From Felis catus (lineage: Eukaryota), in assembly GCF_018350175.1 (NCBI RefSeq), contig NC_058368.1, positions 169,448,001 through 169,512,000 of the forward strand: 64,000 bases of DNA. Direction: 5' to 3'. This document shows, one piece after another, positions 12,597-25,900 of the stretch. Under the pieces are notes generated by a model. The model was not told the DNA's origin, did not search any database, and saw only the letters and a program-made list of their open reading frames with translations. A program made the translations under genes and the position numbers. Each line of letters opens with the position of its first letter. The first letter of the stretch is position 1.

Positions 12597-13615
12597 CCGC
12601 CTGCTCTGCTCCAGGGCTGCGGGCGCGTATTGACCCAGCAGCCGCCTTGCCGCGGCAGTTTCCTCCTGCTCGTGGCGGACGTTGTAGGAGCGCCGAGTGG
12701 CGCTGGAGAACCGGCGCTTCGTTTCGCAGCTGCCGCCGCCATCTCCGCATTTACAGGGCGGGAAGGAGGGAAGGGACTTGCGGCTGCAGCTGGAGCGGGC
12801 TTCTCTCCGGGGACCCTCCTCTTCTTGCTCTCCTTTTCCTCCTCCGCGCGCCGCCGCCGCCCGCCCCCTGCGCCCTCCCCGCGCAGCCCGGGTCCGGGAG
12901 GGGAGAAGAAGGGGCGCCGGGGGGCGGGAGAGGCCGGCTGGCGGACGCGCGCTCGGAGGAAACTCCTGCCCGTTCCGTGCGTCCCCGCGCCCGGGGTGCA
13001 CCCCGGCCCGGCCTCGGCGGCGGCGGTGGCGGCGGCAGCAGGAAGGCGCTCTGGCGGGGGCGGCGCCGCGGGGGCGGGTCTGGCCGTCCCGGCGCTAAGT
13101 TGTGGGGCCGGGCTCCTCCCGACCCGATTCTTTTACCCTGGGCTGTTCAGACGCAGCTCGGTGCTGTCTACCCCAGCTCCGCCGATCCCGCATCTCTTGG
13201 GTGAGGGGGACACGCCTGCCCTCGTCTAGAAAACTTTTCCTGCTGACTCGGTCGGGGCGGCGGTGGCAGGAAGTCCGGACAGCGACCTCTTCTCCTCCTG
13301 CCCTACGCGCCCTGCCGGGTGCCGGCGCCGAGCTCGAGATCAAGTTTGCGGGGGCCCCTTCCGGGCTGCAGGCGGGTCCCGCCTTAGGAGGGGACGCCCG
13401 ACCCCAGGGAGGGCGGTGGGCCCGGGCGAAGGCCGAGGGCGCGTGGTGGCGCCGGAGACAAGGTGCGGAGTGCGGTCGGAATCCGCACCCACAGCCGAAA
13501 GCACGGAGAGCAGGAGCCCGGGAGCAGAGAGCCTCCGGCGGCCGCTTGCAGGAGTCCACAGCCCTCCTCCTCCTTTGGTGAGGACAGTGTCCTAGCCCCG
13601 AGTGTATCGAGGAAA

Positions 13616-13750
13616 ATGAAGTTAAGCCGGCAGTTCACCGTGTTCGGCAGCGCGATCTTCTGTGTGGTGATCTTCTCGCTCTACCTGATGCTGGACCGGG
13701 GTCACTTAGACTACCCCAAGAGCCCGCGCCGCGAGGGTTCTTTTCCTCAG
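13616..13750 (+). CDS. MAN2A1: Alpha-mannosidase 2 (Golgi mannosidase II), coding exon 1: short cytosolic tail, type II TM anchor, start of stem
   Basis: ATG at 13616 (GAAAATGA) gives MKLSRQFTVFGSAIFCVVIFSLYLMLDRGHLDYPKSPRREGSFPQ, recognisable as the MAN2A1 N-terminus. 135 nt, ends at a canonical donor CAG|GTAAGC (phase 0), inside a CpG island. Confidence 0.97.
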
Positions 13751-15689
13751 GTAAGCACCGGCGTGGGGCTCCACGAGCGTAGGCGTGGGGGCCCGTGTTC
13801 CCAGCTGTTTCGCGACCTCTTCCTCCCGCCGAGGTTCCGCGCCGGGGCAGGGCGAGGCCGAACTGGAGGAGGCTCCGAGCCTCCTACAGCCTCGGCTCTG
13901 CAGCGTTCGGACCACGGTGCCGGCGACCCGTGAGCCTCCTCCTCGCGGGCGCGCCGAGTTAACAAAGTGCCGGGCGGCATGCGGTGGCGGGATCGCGCTC
14001 CAGGGTAGTGGCCATGTTCCCGCACTCGCATTCGGGCCTGTTGGGGTGGCCTGGGGCACCTGCCGGTTGGGGAACCGACGCAGCGCCCGATTACCGCTCT
14101 TGGGCAGCCCCTCGGCACACACAGGGTTAAGCTGCACAGACCCCCCCCCCCGCGCCCCCAGTCGCCAAAATTGATCAGACAGACCCCATCTGGTCTGTTT
14201 TTTCACCCCACTGTCTCTCGAGAAATAAGCAAAAGTTTATTTCGTGTTGCAGACCTCTTAGATGTGAATCTGTAGGGTTGATTTTAGTGTCGTCATTCTT
14301 CAGCTATTACATAGGGTTTGTTTGGAGCAGACGTGGGAGCCCAGTAGGGAAGCGCGTGTTATACTCAAGCCGGAAGCTGTGGGGCGCTCAGTCCTGCGCC
14401 CAGTGGTCAAATTCTCCATCGAGTTGGGAAACCACCGGTCTTAAGTCTTTTATTTAAAGTTACTAAAATTAAGCAAACAGACAATCGGTTCTGTTTGTAA
14501 GGATACCGCGCCGCGTGTGCGATTTCAGTTTCAATTTCTTTGCCCCTGACCTGTGCAGTTAAGAAATTTTAGTAAAACTGGGTGTTGTGTATACTCTGTA
14601 ATGAATGAACCTGAAGATCTCAAAGCCGTGACAAGCTGATCTAACTACTCGACCCAGGGATATTGAACAGGTTGACGAGGTTTTTTTGTTTTTTGTTTTT
14701 TGTTTTTCTTTTTTGACCATGTAAGTGCCAGAGAATATCCTTGCCATTTGTTCTTGTGTTATGCTAGGGCGAAAGGCTTGAATTTAATTAAAATTAAATT
14801 GTGAAAGTGAAAAAAGACTTCTTTGTGGATGCTGTCATCCATACAGAGCCCTCAAATGTTTTGCAGGTGATAGGTATTAGAAATGCTGTTGCAAACATGT
14901 TTCAAAAAATTTAAAAGCTTCTTCTTAGGTAGTAAGCACTGTGGAGCATCTTTCAATCTTCACTTCAGAGTCTGTCCAGTGCCTGTTCATGAGACTGGAT
15001 AAAAGTTATAAAAGGGGATGGGGAGTTCACCCTGTGAAGCCATAGCAAAAGGAATTCTAAGCCTTGCTTAATATGTTGTATAATTTGGGGACTAAACTTG
15101 CTGTGATTTTTTTTTTCACCCCAGTAATCACATTTTCAGAATTTTCTCCATTACAGGAAAAATCATAAAAGCTGATATATTTTACTTAAGCTGTTATCTT
15201 GAATAATGTCCTTTGGCTTTGGCTTGATGATCACTTGGAAGTGATTTATGCAAACATCTGGGGCTGGGGTTTTCTGGCAACCTTGACATTTTACTGTTTC
15301 TAAAGAAGTGAGTGACTCATTCAGTTACTGGGAAATCTTCGGCAAAGTTAATTCCAATATTTTAATATCCAGCCTTAGTCCTCCTCAGGGGGCTGAAGTT
15401 CTGCATAGAGCAGAATGCATTTGATGGAAAGTGGCAGTGGTTGCTGGAAGAGAAGGCTCTTGTATGTATTCTGTTTTGTGTGCAAGGAAGAGGATTTGGA
15501 AGGTGGAGCTTTTTATACTTAAGGTTGCCGTTCTCAGATTTTCAGGACTGGATTTTCATTTCAGGAAGAAAGCACTTTTTACTGATTTGGTTTTGGAGAG
15601 CCACTGAATTCCCAAACAGGTGGACAGGATGAACACTCTGTAAGTCCAACTCTTGTATGTCTGACATCAACCTCTGTGTCTTACAGGAT

Positions 15690-15830
15690 AAACTCGATCC
15701 CCACCGCTAGTAGATGAGGAACCTGAGGCACAGAGAGATTAACTTGCCCAAAGTCACACAACTAAAGCTGAGATTTGAACAGGTGGCCTGTGGAGTCTAG
15801 GCTCTCAGCCACTTAATAGTATACTATCTC
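15690..15830 (-). mobile_element. MIR SINE
   Basis: agatgaggaacctgaggcacagagagattaacttgcccaaagtcacaca. Confidence 0.8.
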
Positions 15831-18689
15831 ATAGTAGTTCTTTGCCTAATGTTTAGGCCTCAGTCTGTCTGCAGAAAAGGTCTGATGTGGAAGATAGAGC
15901 ATGTTGCTCTGTGGTTCCTTAGCTTATGACTTTTTTTTTTTTTAAGGAACTTTCATTATGAAGCTCTAATGAATGTGCTCCTTTCTCTGAAACTTTAACG
16001 TTTGAGATTTATATCTCTCCCAAAATGTCTCGTTGCTCACTTTGCAGCTAAATATTGTAATGGAAACCATTATGCAGCACAGCATATAGTCTTTTGAGTT
16101 GCTTTTTTATTTTTTTTTTTTCATTACTGCTAACTCCCATGTAAACCTTAATTTGATGAGAACACCAAACATAACAAAAGGAGCTTGCAATATATTATGT
16201 ATCTTTGGTGAATTTGAAGCAAGCTAGTCTGTCACTGTGCATCATTTTTAGTGTCTAGTAGAATGATTTATTTATAAAGGGATTGATTTCCACTGAATTT
16301 TAGTTTAGGATTTAGGATTTTAGTTTCTTTTAGTCAGTGTGGAACCTTTAGTAATATATATGGTCTCTTTGTAAGCAAGATATGTTTTAAAGCTATCCTA
16401 AATTGAGAGCAGTCTATTTGCTGTTGTTCTGGCTTCATCCGTTTTCCTTCCTCCTACAACTCTGTGTTTTCTACTACTTGGCCAGACTCTGGGGCAGAAG
16501 TAGGCCCAACTCAGGGTACTTTCATTTGTCCCACCCTGCGGCAGATGCCTGCCTCTGACATAGTCTTTGGAAGGCTTTCCCCTGTGCTCCTGGGAGGAAT
16601 TCCTTTGAGGATTGGAGGCAACAGGTGGTCTTATCTGTGTTAGCTTCTCTGTATATTTCAGGGTTAATAAATTTCAGCTAGAAAAATTAATTAAACTTAC
16701 ACTTCAGTTGAGAGGCTGGCCAGGGCCTAATGCCCTGAAAGATGCTTTGAGGTATTGCAAGAGTTCTAGCAGCTGGAAAAGAGAGACTTGGTTAAGGTCT
16801 TCCTGAAATTCTTCATCACTTCTTATAAGCAGATTTAACAAGTTGCTTACTGTCTACCTTGTATGCAATAGGATGTCTTATTAATGTCTTATGTTTGGAT
16901 CTGGAGAATTAAATTAATAATTCAGCTTTTGTATGACACATGATTTATCTTTAAATAACTAGTGTAGACTGTGACCATAGGTATTAATATTAACTCTTGG
17001 GAATCTCTTCAGAGATTGGGACTCTGATAGAAAATGTGAGAGTGAAGGTCAGACTTTATCTTTGCCCAAATAACAGTTATCAAGCAAGAAAGTGAGAATG
17101 TCTTTAAGATACTTGATTAAAAGACTTGGGAATGTGGAGGCTTTTATACCTTTGGATTTTTAACTCCTATTGTGAATAAACCCATATAAAAATATGCTTA
17201 AATGCTCTACATCTCTAGTACCTTTTAAAGAGCCCAACATAGCTGATATTTAATAAAAGTTGCCTTTAATCTTCCAGTTATGTTTCTTGCTTTTAGAAAT
17301 CTGCAAATCTTAAGAATGCTATGTAGAAAAATAGGGTGTGCCTTGCTTCTCCGTACTCTAGTGCAGAGAACCTCTCTCTAGGTTATAGCATTTGTTGCTA
17401 GGGCTTGTGCACTTGTGTATAAGGGATTTTGTTTCATTTAGGGGGCTGTAATCTTTGAGATCTGTGACTTTGGGGACGTGATGGAACTTTGACATTGGTG
17501 GCAAAAGGGCATTGAAGAGGAATGCAAGAACAGGAAAGCCCCTGGAGAGGCTGGTCTCCACCACCCCCTCTTAAGGTCAGCAGTTCTGCAGAACTCCTGC
17601 CCACCAGGTCTCACTAAGACCCAAGCGCACTTCCTGTACACCACCTGGGGCAAGAGTGCATCTAGTCTGAAGACTTAAGTCTATTATTTTTTTAATTGAA
17701 TTGAATTTGTTGTTTCCAGATCAGCACTGCTCTCATTGCCTAAACAAATACTTTTGTTTGGGAGATGTTGTAATCCTATTTATCAGAAAGGCATCTTCTC
17801 TGTGACTCATTAATTAGCTTTATGGGATATCTGGGCTGAGGGCAAATTAACTAAAATTACCACTTTGTTGTTTTTACTTTGAGTCAGGTTTTTTTTTGTT
17901 TTTTTTGTTGTTGTTGTTGTTGTTTGTTTTGTTTTTTGTGATAGATGTTAAAACTTTGGTCTTTTTTAACAGACTGGAATAAGTGTTGAGATTTTTCCTG
18001 GAATTAGTAGTTCAGTAGCAGCCGTTTATCCCTTGCTTTATTCTTCGATCCCAGTGGTCCTAGTTTTCCCTTGTTGTTCCCTTGCTTCCAGAGAGACCTT
18101 TAGAAAGTGGGAGGATATTCAAAAGCATGGGATATGACCTCTGGATGCTGGATTGGAAGGGCCTTACTCGTGCTTTTGACCCCTTGTGTCTTGGTGGTCG
18201 AGTTCCAGGTAGCATCAGCTTTTACAGTGCAAGTAGAGCTAAAGAGAGGAGGAAGAACTCCCAAAGAGTGGGTTTTGCTTCTTTTTATAGTTGTGATTAT
18301 TAGGTTGATCAGGAATGCAGATAGACTATTTTGGCTAAAGTGGGTTTCTGTTTCGGGTGTAAATTTCAAGCCAGGCTGCTGATTTTAAGGTTGAAAGCAT
18401 GTTTAGGTTCAAACAAATTTGAGGGGTGATTATACTGGTGACCTAGGGCTTGAGTATTGGTATATTTGTCTTGTGATGGGTAATAAATAATCTGATTTGA
18501 GTGAAATGAGTCTCTCAAGGGTGCAACGTAACTTTTGTGAAATAGTGTATTTAATGCATGTTATTTGTACTGTTAGGCAGACAAGCACATAGTTGGTATC
18601 CAGTAAATATTTTATGTTGTGTTTGTAAGTCTAACATACTGTTTTCTAAATAAAAGGTCACCTTTGAAGTACTTCAGCTGAAAACTCCC

Positions 18690-18857
18690 ATGCCTTTTCT
18701 ATTCTGTGCATTGTAGGATGCTTTGCAGCATCCCTGGCATCCATCCAGTAGAAACTAGAAACACCTTTCTTCTTGCCCCAGTTGTAGCCACCAAAAATGT
18801 CTACAGACACTGCTAAATCTCCTCTGGGGGAAGAAATCAACCCTGTTGAAAATCACT
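18690..18857. mobile_element. MER20-like hAT DNA transposon fragment
   Basis: tgtgcattgtaggatgctttgcagcatccctggc...ccaaaaatgtctacagacactgctaaatctcctctggggg...gttgaaaatcact. Confidence 0.75.
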
Positions 18858-19594
18858 TGGCCAAAGGCCTGTTCTTTATACCCTTTGCACTTTGTTAGCA
18901 TTTTGCTTTTTAGGAAGGAAAGATCAGAAGACTTAGCTCTAATTCTCAAAAGGAGAAGTAGCATTTTTTTTAATATGAAATGAATCCTTTCTCTGGATGC
19001 CGAAAATTCACTTACATTTTTAGGATTCTAAATTGCAGTATGTTACTGAAAACACAAGCGTAGATATTATGTTCACATGCAAGTTAAAGAAAAAGTGGAA
19101 GATTATTGTAATGAAACTTCCTTTTTTTTAATTGAATAGACTTGTGCTGAGAAAAATGTTATGGCAGGTGATAGTAAATAAATCATCTTTTACTTTCTGT
19201 AGGTTGAATTAGAGGTTAAAAGTAGTCTAGGTATATTCCCCTTGTCTTTTTGCCTAGGAAGGTATGATACATTGATTAGTAACAAGGTAGTATAAAAATC
19301 ATACTCAGACATAATTTGAGATGTGTGAAGTTTTCTCAGACAAGCTATTTGCTTTCTAAAGTGCATTTGTTTTATTTATGTTAATTTTGATGATTCTAGT
19401 TACTGCATTTGCTATTTCTTTTGGAAGAAAACCAGGAAGTGGATAGAGACTTCCCTCTTGTTCATTTCATTTTGTTTTAAGTAGGTTTCTTTTAAAGGAA
19501 GGACGATGGAAGTGGGGTAGGGAAATAATGAAGTTCTTGGCAGTTATTCCTTTCCTTTTGTGCCCCCAGATGTCTGGTCTTGAATTCAGTCTAA

Positions 19595-19835
19595 GTCAGC
19601 TAACTGTGGCCAAATCTGACCCACCACCTGTTTTTTGTAGGGCCATAAGCTAAAAATGGTTCTTATGTTTTCAAGTGGTTAAATATTTCGTGACATAGCC
19701 ACACTCGTTTTGCTACAAATCATCTCTGGCTGCTTCTGTACTACAGAGCTGAGTAGTTGCCACAGTAACTCTCTGGCCCAAAAAGCCTAAAATATTTCTT
19801 CTCTGGCCCCTTACTGAAGAAGTTTGCCAACCCCA
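19595..19835. mobile_element. MER58-like hAT DNA transposon
   Basis: ggccaaatctgacccaccacctgttttt...aagcctaaaatattt...aagtttgccaacccc. Confidence 0.75.
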
Positions 19836-21564
19836 GGTGTGACCTGTGTTTTTCTATTATTAACGTTAGAGGCAAATAGTATGGTTAGATCTGTTGAAGC
19901 AGAGGTGTATGTTGAAAATAAAATTCTTGTTCTTGTCACCTGGTTATTAGATAAACTTAGTGAAACTTAGTTTGTGTTTTCAGAGTGTGGTTTAAAACTG
20001 GTGTTATATACATGTTTCACGGATTTCCAAGTATCCTTGGGGAACTTCTGTGCTGGAGCATGGACATGCTTGACATGTTTAATTTGTTTCCCTTCTATCA
20101 CTTGCAGATTTCTCACTACAGGACTGCTCTGGGATGGAGGGTTCTGGGGCATGAACTGCAAAATTGATCCGTAGTCTCCAGATCGAAAACCATGACTTTA
20201 TTGTATTTTAGATGTGCTATAATTCACAGATAGGCTGAATTCTGAGCCTAATCAGACTGCTTGGGTTAGTTAGTATTGTGGAGGGAGAGCATAGGTCCGG
20301 GCATCTTCTTCATAAACTGTAGATCTAGGATGGAACTTGGCAGACCTCTCTGAGACCCTGAAGGCTACTCACCTCAGAGGCAGAGAACTACCAGCATGTC
20401 TGCACGGGCACCAGACTGCTGCTCTTCCAAGAGTAATTAATTCCTGCTAATTTTGATCCTTCTTCATGCTTCTTGAAGGTTATGTGTGACTTTCTTCATT
20501 CCTTTTGGCACAGGCCACCATCCCATTTGTGTCCTCAGAGACTGAACTGTCATCGTTAAATTGCAGTACACTTAGTCTGAACAAAATGAGCGTAATGAAC
20601 CTAACTGGTGTTGCAATTTTTAAGTATTTTCCCCCCTATTTTTAAATGAATGCATTTGTGCATTGTTCACATGCATCTGGATTTCTCACTGGCTTCCTTT
20701 GCAGGCAGTCGGTCACCTTTGGGAGTCAAGAGAAATGAAATTCCTTTTCCAAAGGCAGAGCAGGCCTCAGATGTGACCTTTTCCCACCAGTCAGCCTCCT
20801 TGTCCTGAATGAGGAGTCTTGAGAGCAGGGAAATTTGCCAGTGATTGGTTGATTGATTGATTGATTTTTCTTTGTAAACACATGTTTTTTTCTAGGACGG
20901 ATGGTGTTTTGTGATGGGAAGCACTCCTCCTCATTCAGGGCAAGGCTGTACTTTGGGGCTGAAGATAGACTTTGTAGCAATTCGCCCCTGCTCCTTCATA
21001 CCACAAGTATGGAAGAGAGTGGGACTTGTGGGTCCTGGCCTTTGTGGTAACATTTTTACCTGTGGAACATTAGCAGATAGAAGCCAGAGAATATGACTTA
21101 CTCTCACATTTATTTTCTCCATAAAAAAGTCCTGGATCTGTATTTTGAGAGTCTATGGAGATAGTCATTCTTTTAATACTCACGAGCACCCCTAGAAAAG
21201 TCATAATAGGAAGTCAGGCATAGAATTTTAGAGTAGGGAGGATCCTTCCAGATCAGGTAGTTTAGTCTTTGAATTTTCAGATAAGAACACTGAGACACAT
21301 AAAGTTAACTTCATCAGTTTGCCCTGGGTCCTGTAACCAGTCATAGCATACCTGGAATATGCATCCTGGCCTATAATTCAGTGCTTGTTGCTGTACTTTA
21401 CTCAGCATATATTTGAGAATTACCTTAGAGGTTACTAGATAATGTTACTTGCTTTGTGAGAGCATTTTAGTTATTTGAAGCAACGCAACTGCCGTTTGTG
21501 AAACAATTAGAGACAACTGAATGCTATTTCTTCATCACAAGAGTTAATTTTTAAAAGAAGTTAG

Positions 21565-22350
21565 AACGGTGCCTGGCACATAGTAAATATTCAGTAAATG
21601 CTAGTTATTACCAATGAACACAGATTTATGGAGTACCTATCATGTACCAGGCACTGTGCAGGGGTTCTTGGGACACAGGACCTAAGAATACAATAAGAGT
21701 CCATGATCTTAATTCTTATTCTTAGTTTAAGGGCAGAGGCCTTAAAGGGAACTCAGCACTTAAGCCAGGTAACAACAGCCTGGCTCAAGTTGACCAAAGG
21801 ACCTGGGACAAAAGACAGGCTTTTCTGACTGGGTAGGACTCTGAAGAGAGAAAGAACATTCCTAGTGTGGAGTACAGAGCTTCTGAAGGCTTGTGGTAAT
21901 GAAAGAGCCTTGCACCATGAGAAGAGGTGAGGAGATTGGTTTGATTTAGGATCTTTGGTGCTTGTAAAGAGTAACTCGGAAAACATGATAGGTAGCATGG
22001 TATCAGATTGTGAATTGCCCTGAGAGCCAGCCTGGAAAGTTACAGGACTCAAATGGTAGTGAACCATTGAAAGTTACGGAGTATGTCAGGAAAAGCCATG
22101 TTGGAGAATTAATTTCATAGAAAATTTTAGACCTGGAAGGGAGCTAAGAGTTTTCAATCTAGATTATTCTGGTAGCAGTGTGTAGGAAGACTCAGAAGCA
22201 GGAAGGCAGCTGAGAATCTGTTTGAGGTAATACAGACATAAGGCACTAAATCCCTATATGTACCAGTATTGAAATGGCTAGAATCAAGAGGAAAACGTGT
22301 GCAGACATTTTGTGAAAAGAAGCCTCAGGGCTTTCTAACAGATTTTTATC
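21565..22350. mobile_element. L2 fragments
   Basis: gtgcctggcacatagtaaatattcagtaaatg and gagtacctatcatgtaccaggcactgtgc, followed by degenerate L2-like sequence. Confidence 0.5.
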
Positions 22351-22938
22351 AAGGGTAACGATGGGTGTGGCTTGAGTGAAAAATTTTCCCACTTCTTTCC
22401 TTTAGGGCGTTTGGAGAATTAGCTAAAACTGTTTGCAGAAAGGGATAGTTTGGAAGATAACCCGGTTTGGGAAACCAACCTCAGGTTCATGTATGATGAG
22501 GTGGATGTTAGTGGAGTAGCCACGGGGGCTGGGGTGCCCAAGTGAGAGATGAGGGAAGGGAGATGCTGATCTGGTAGTCATCAGCAAAGTCAGAGTGGAT
22601 GAGCTCACTCTGGACTGTGCTTTGTGAGAAGAGAGCAGACAGCCAAGGAACATTTCTTATAGCCAAAGCTATGCTTCTCATATTGAGATTATTGTGTAGC
22701 AGATGCTAATATAATGAAGCAGCTTGTATTCAAATTGTCAGAAACCAGCTCATTGATCAGCATACCTAAGAAAAGATAAGACTGTCCTAAGGAAGGATTT
22801 CAAAGGAGCATTTCAATAGGAAACTAAAAAAGACCCTTCTCATTTTGGGCCCAAATTATGGAGCTAAAGGATTTTTTTTTTTTCTAGGTTATAAGAACAG
22901 AAAATAGGTAATTCTGTCTCTCTCTGTCTCTTTCTTTC

Positions 22939-22987
<49 letters not shown>

Positions 22988-22993
22988 GGAGAG
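22939..22993. repeat. Compound (TG)n(AG)n microsatellite
   Basis: Direct reading. Confidence 0.95.
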
Positions 22994-25900
22994 ATGGGTT
23001 TATTAAAGATCAAAAAACAACACTTAAAATAGGGACTTCATAGCTTACGGTTGTTTTTAAGGTCAGACAGATTTCTGAGTACCCCCATACTGCCTCTTTT
23101 GATAGTAAAGAAGAGCCCTTCCTTTTTGATGAGTGGCTGACCACACCCTCCCCCCAGACTGAAGAAATTATAACTGTCTTTGACTCAAGGCCAACTTTTG
23201 AAAATTTGTAGGGTCCAGTGACAACACTTGAGATACAAGGTATTTCTTAGAACTTTCAGGGAGAAGATCTAACCAATGATTGTTTATAAGAAAGAAAAAA
23301 AGATTTGAGAAGAACCCAAGGAATTTGTATCCTTAATTCATCTTTATAGCTGACTGTGTGGTACTTAGAAATTTGTTTTCATTACATTTTTATGTATCAT
23401 ACTGTGCCTTACTATTGCGTTTGTTCCTTCTGTGGTATTTACCACGCCCCACCTTGCCCTTACAGATCGATTGGTTCAGATGGACTTTTACAAAGTCTGT
23501 AGGAAAGGATTTGTAAAGCTTTAGAATCTTTGCTGCTTGTACAGAAGAGTTAGGAAATTCAGAATTTATGATAATTCAGATGGGACTTGGTTAAATACTT
23601 ACCTTTCCCTGGTCAGTAAGGAATAAAATGGGCTTGTTCAGTAGATGATTAGTATAAATAAGATTGGAGCCAGGCTGATTATCTACTTAAAACAAGTCTC
23701 CAGAGACCCCCCAATACTATTTCTGTACAAAAAACCATCTTAGTCATGTCAGTCGCGTTTATTTTAATAGGCTAACACTGTTTAAGTTGATTTGTATTTT
23801 CCACTACAATTCTTCTCTTTTTACATTGAAATTATGTTTCTGAAAATTATTTGGGTAAACATGTCTACGGAACTTTTATCATCAGATCCTAGCATACAAC
23901 ATATGCCATTCATCCATGCACAATGAGTTTAGGTGGTATGTAAATAGTACATAATGACAACCCTTGTGCATAAAGACAGGCCTATCTCCAAAAATATAAG
24001 ACAGAGTAGCAACATTGACCAGCAGTCATTGACCAGGTGATATATGACAGCATGACCCTGGTTCCTTGGGATTTGTTGCTGTCTGAAAGTATATCCCGTG
24101 AACTTTCATTCATGTTCTTGGGTGGGATACACTGTTGACATTATCTCAGAGTGCTATGTATAAGAATAGAAATACATTAAAAATATGTTGTGGAAATAAA
24201 ACCAGTATGGTTTTCAAAAAGATATTTTGCAAAAAAAATGTAAAGAAAGGTAATGTTCCACAGAACAGTTTGGGAAGTAATGAATTAAAGGAAGTATTCT
24301 ATTCATCAACACCTAATTTGCTTAGCACCACTTTATTTCCAGTCATTAAATGTATCTGAAAGTTATAAAACTGCATTGCATGAAAATATTTTACAGTGTA
24401 AACACATTGTGCTACTTACAAGCCCTTGTTCTAATCATCATATTGAAGAAGATACCCATTTTGCAGAATCTCGCTTTATATAATAGCTTCATGTCTAAAA
24501 TGTTGTCTTAACAGGAGGTGGTTTCTTTGCAGCTGCATTGGGGTGGTGTGGATGGGGGCCATATAGTTCTAATCTCAATATACATCTGGAAACTCATGGA
24601 GGGGGGAGGGATGGGACTGTGTCCTGGAGCCTGGAGAAAGCGCCAGCAACTGGAGTCCTGATCCCATTTTTGGAGGTGGCAAAAGGATGGGTGTTCACAG
24701 AGGATGAGGGTTCACAAAGAGTGGGAAAAACCGGTGTGGCCTGTTGTTAATTCTAGGTCTGGACTGGAAGGCACAGTGATTCTGGCAGCTGCAGAGTCCC
24801 AAGGGTACCCTCCTGGGGCAAAGCATGGTGAGCTTGAAGTCCCAGCTCTTCCCTTTACAGTCACCTGCACGCTTGTCTACCTGCATCTGAGTAGTCTCTA
24901 TTAACGTCATACCCAGGCGCGCGCGAGATTTGTGAATAATGATTTGCCAAGGCAAAACCCGATGCTCCTGTGTTTTGGCAAGGTTTTACGTAATTAAGTG
25001 TTCTTTGTGCTCACCTGGTGAGTGCATTTATTTCTTTGAGTGGACGAGTGGAAGCACAAAGACCATAATACTTTGGAAGAGATTCAGGCATGATAAGCTT
25101 CAGGTCTGGAAAACACCATTAAAAGGTCATTTGTCACTGTGGTTTGTGGCTTGTAACAACTTGGTAGAGTTACATGTACAAATACGGTCCCTGCCTCAGT
25201 TCATGCCTTTTTGGGCCTCAGTACTATACATCTTAAGATGGGGAGTGGTTACTTGAGGGGTTTCTTGTCATTTTATGAAACCCAAATGCCCTCCTGTTAA
25301 GTGCCTGAGATCTGACTAAATATAAATAGCAGGGTTTTCTGTGTAGCTGAATGGCGGCTGACTGACCTGGAACTACTGCGGTAACAGTGACACCCTGCTG
25401 CAAATACAGACTCTCTTTTACCAAATCTCTGTTTTTATATTTAGTTTTAATACAGCGGCTCTTAACTGGGGATGTGTGAGAATTGCCTGGTGAGCCTTCT
25501 ACAATTATTAAAGGCAGATCTGTGCTCTCTGTCTAGGTAATCCCCATTCTTATCCATTGCTTTAAATTCATATTCACACTGACCACTCAGGTTTGTGTAT
25601 TTTCCTGACTTTCAGACTTTGTTGTCACCCTCATACCACCACTATTCAAATACCACGTTAGACACCATTAGACCACTTTCTAATGGTTCCAGAAGAGAAC
25701 CTTTGCCCCCCCCCCCAATTCCTTCCCCAGGACTCACTCCTTACTTCCCTAAAATGCCATCCGTTATTTTCCCAGTTGCCTCAGCAAAAGAAACAAACAA
25801 AAAACCCCCCAAAAGGCTATGTTTCTTCTTTTCCTGTCACTCCCTTCCCTAACTTCCTCTGTCTTGTCAAATCCTTCCTCTTTCCTCTGCCTCCCCTGCC

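Larger units (their letters stand above)
12400..14520. promoter_or_regulatory. CpG island covering MAN2A1 promoter, 5' leader, exon 1 and start of intron 1
   Basis: Abrupt shift to very GC-rich, CpG-dense sequence versus CpG-depleted flanks; boundaries judged by eye. Confidence 0.93.

Noticed and set aside
12306..14206. Many long overlapping ORFs (up to 270 aa) on both strands in the CpG island
   Set aside because: Low-complexity R/G/A/P translations, many with GTG/TTG starts, as expected from stop-codon scarcity in GC-rich DNA. Only 13616-13750 has a recognisable product and splice site.
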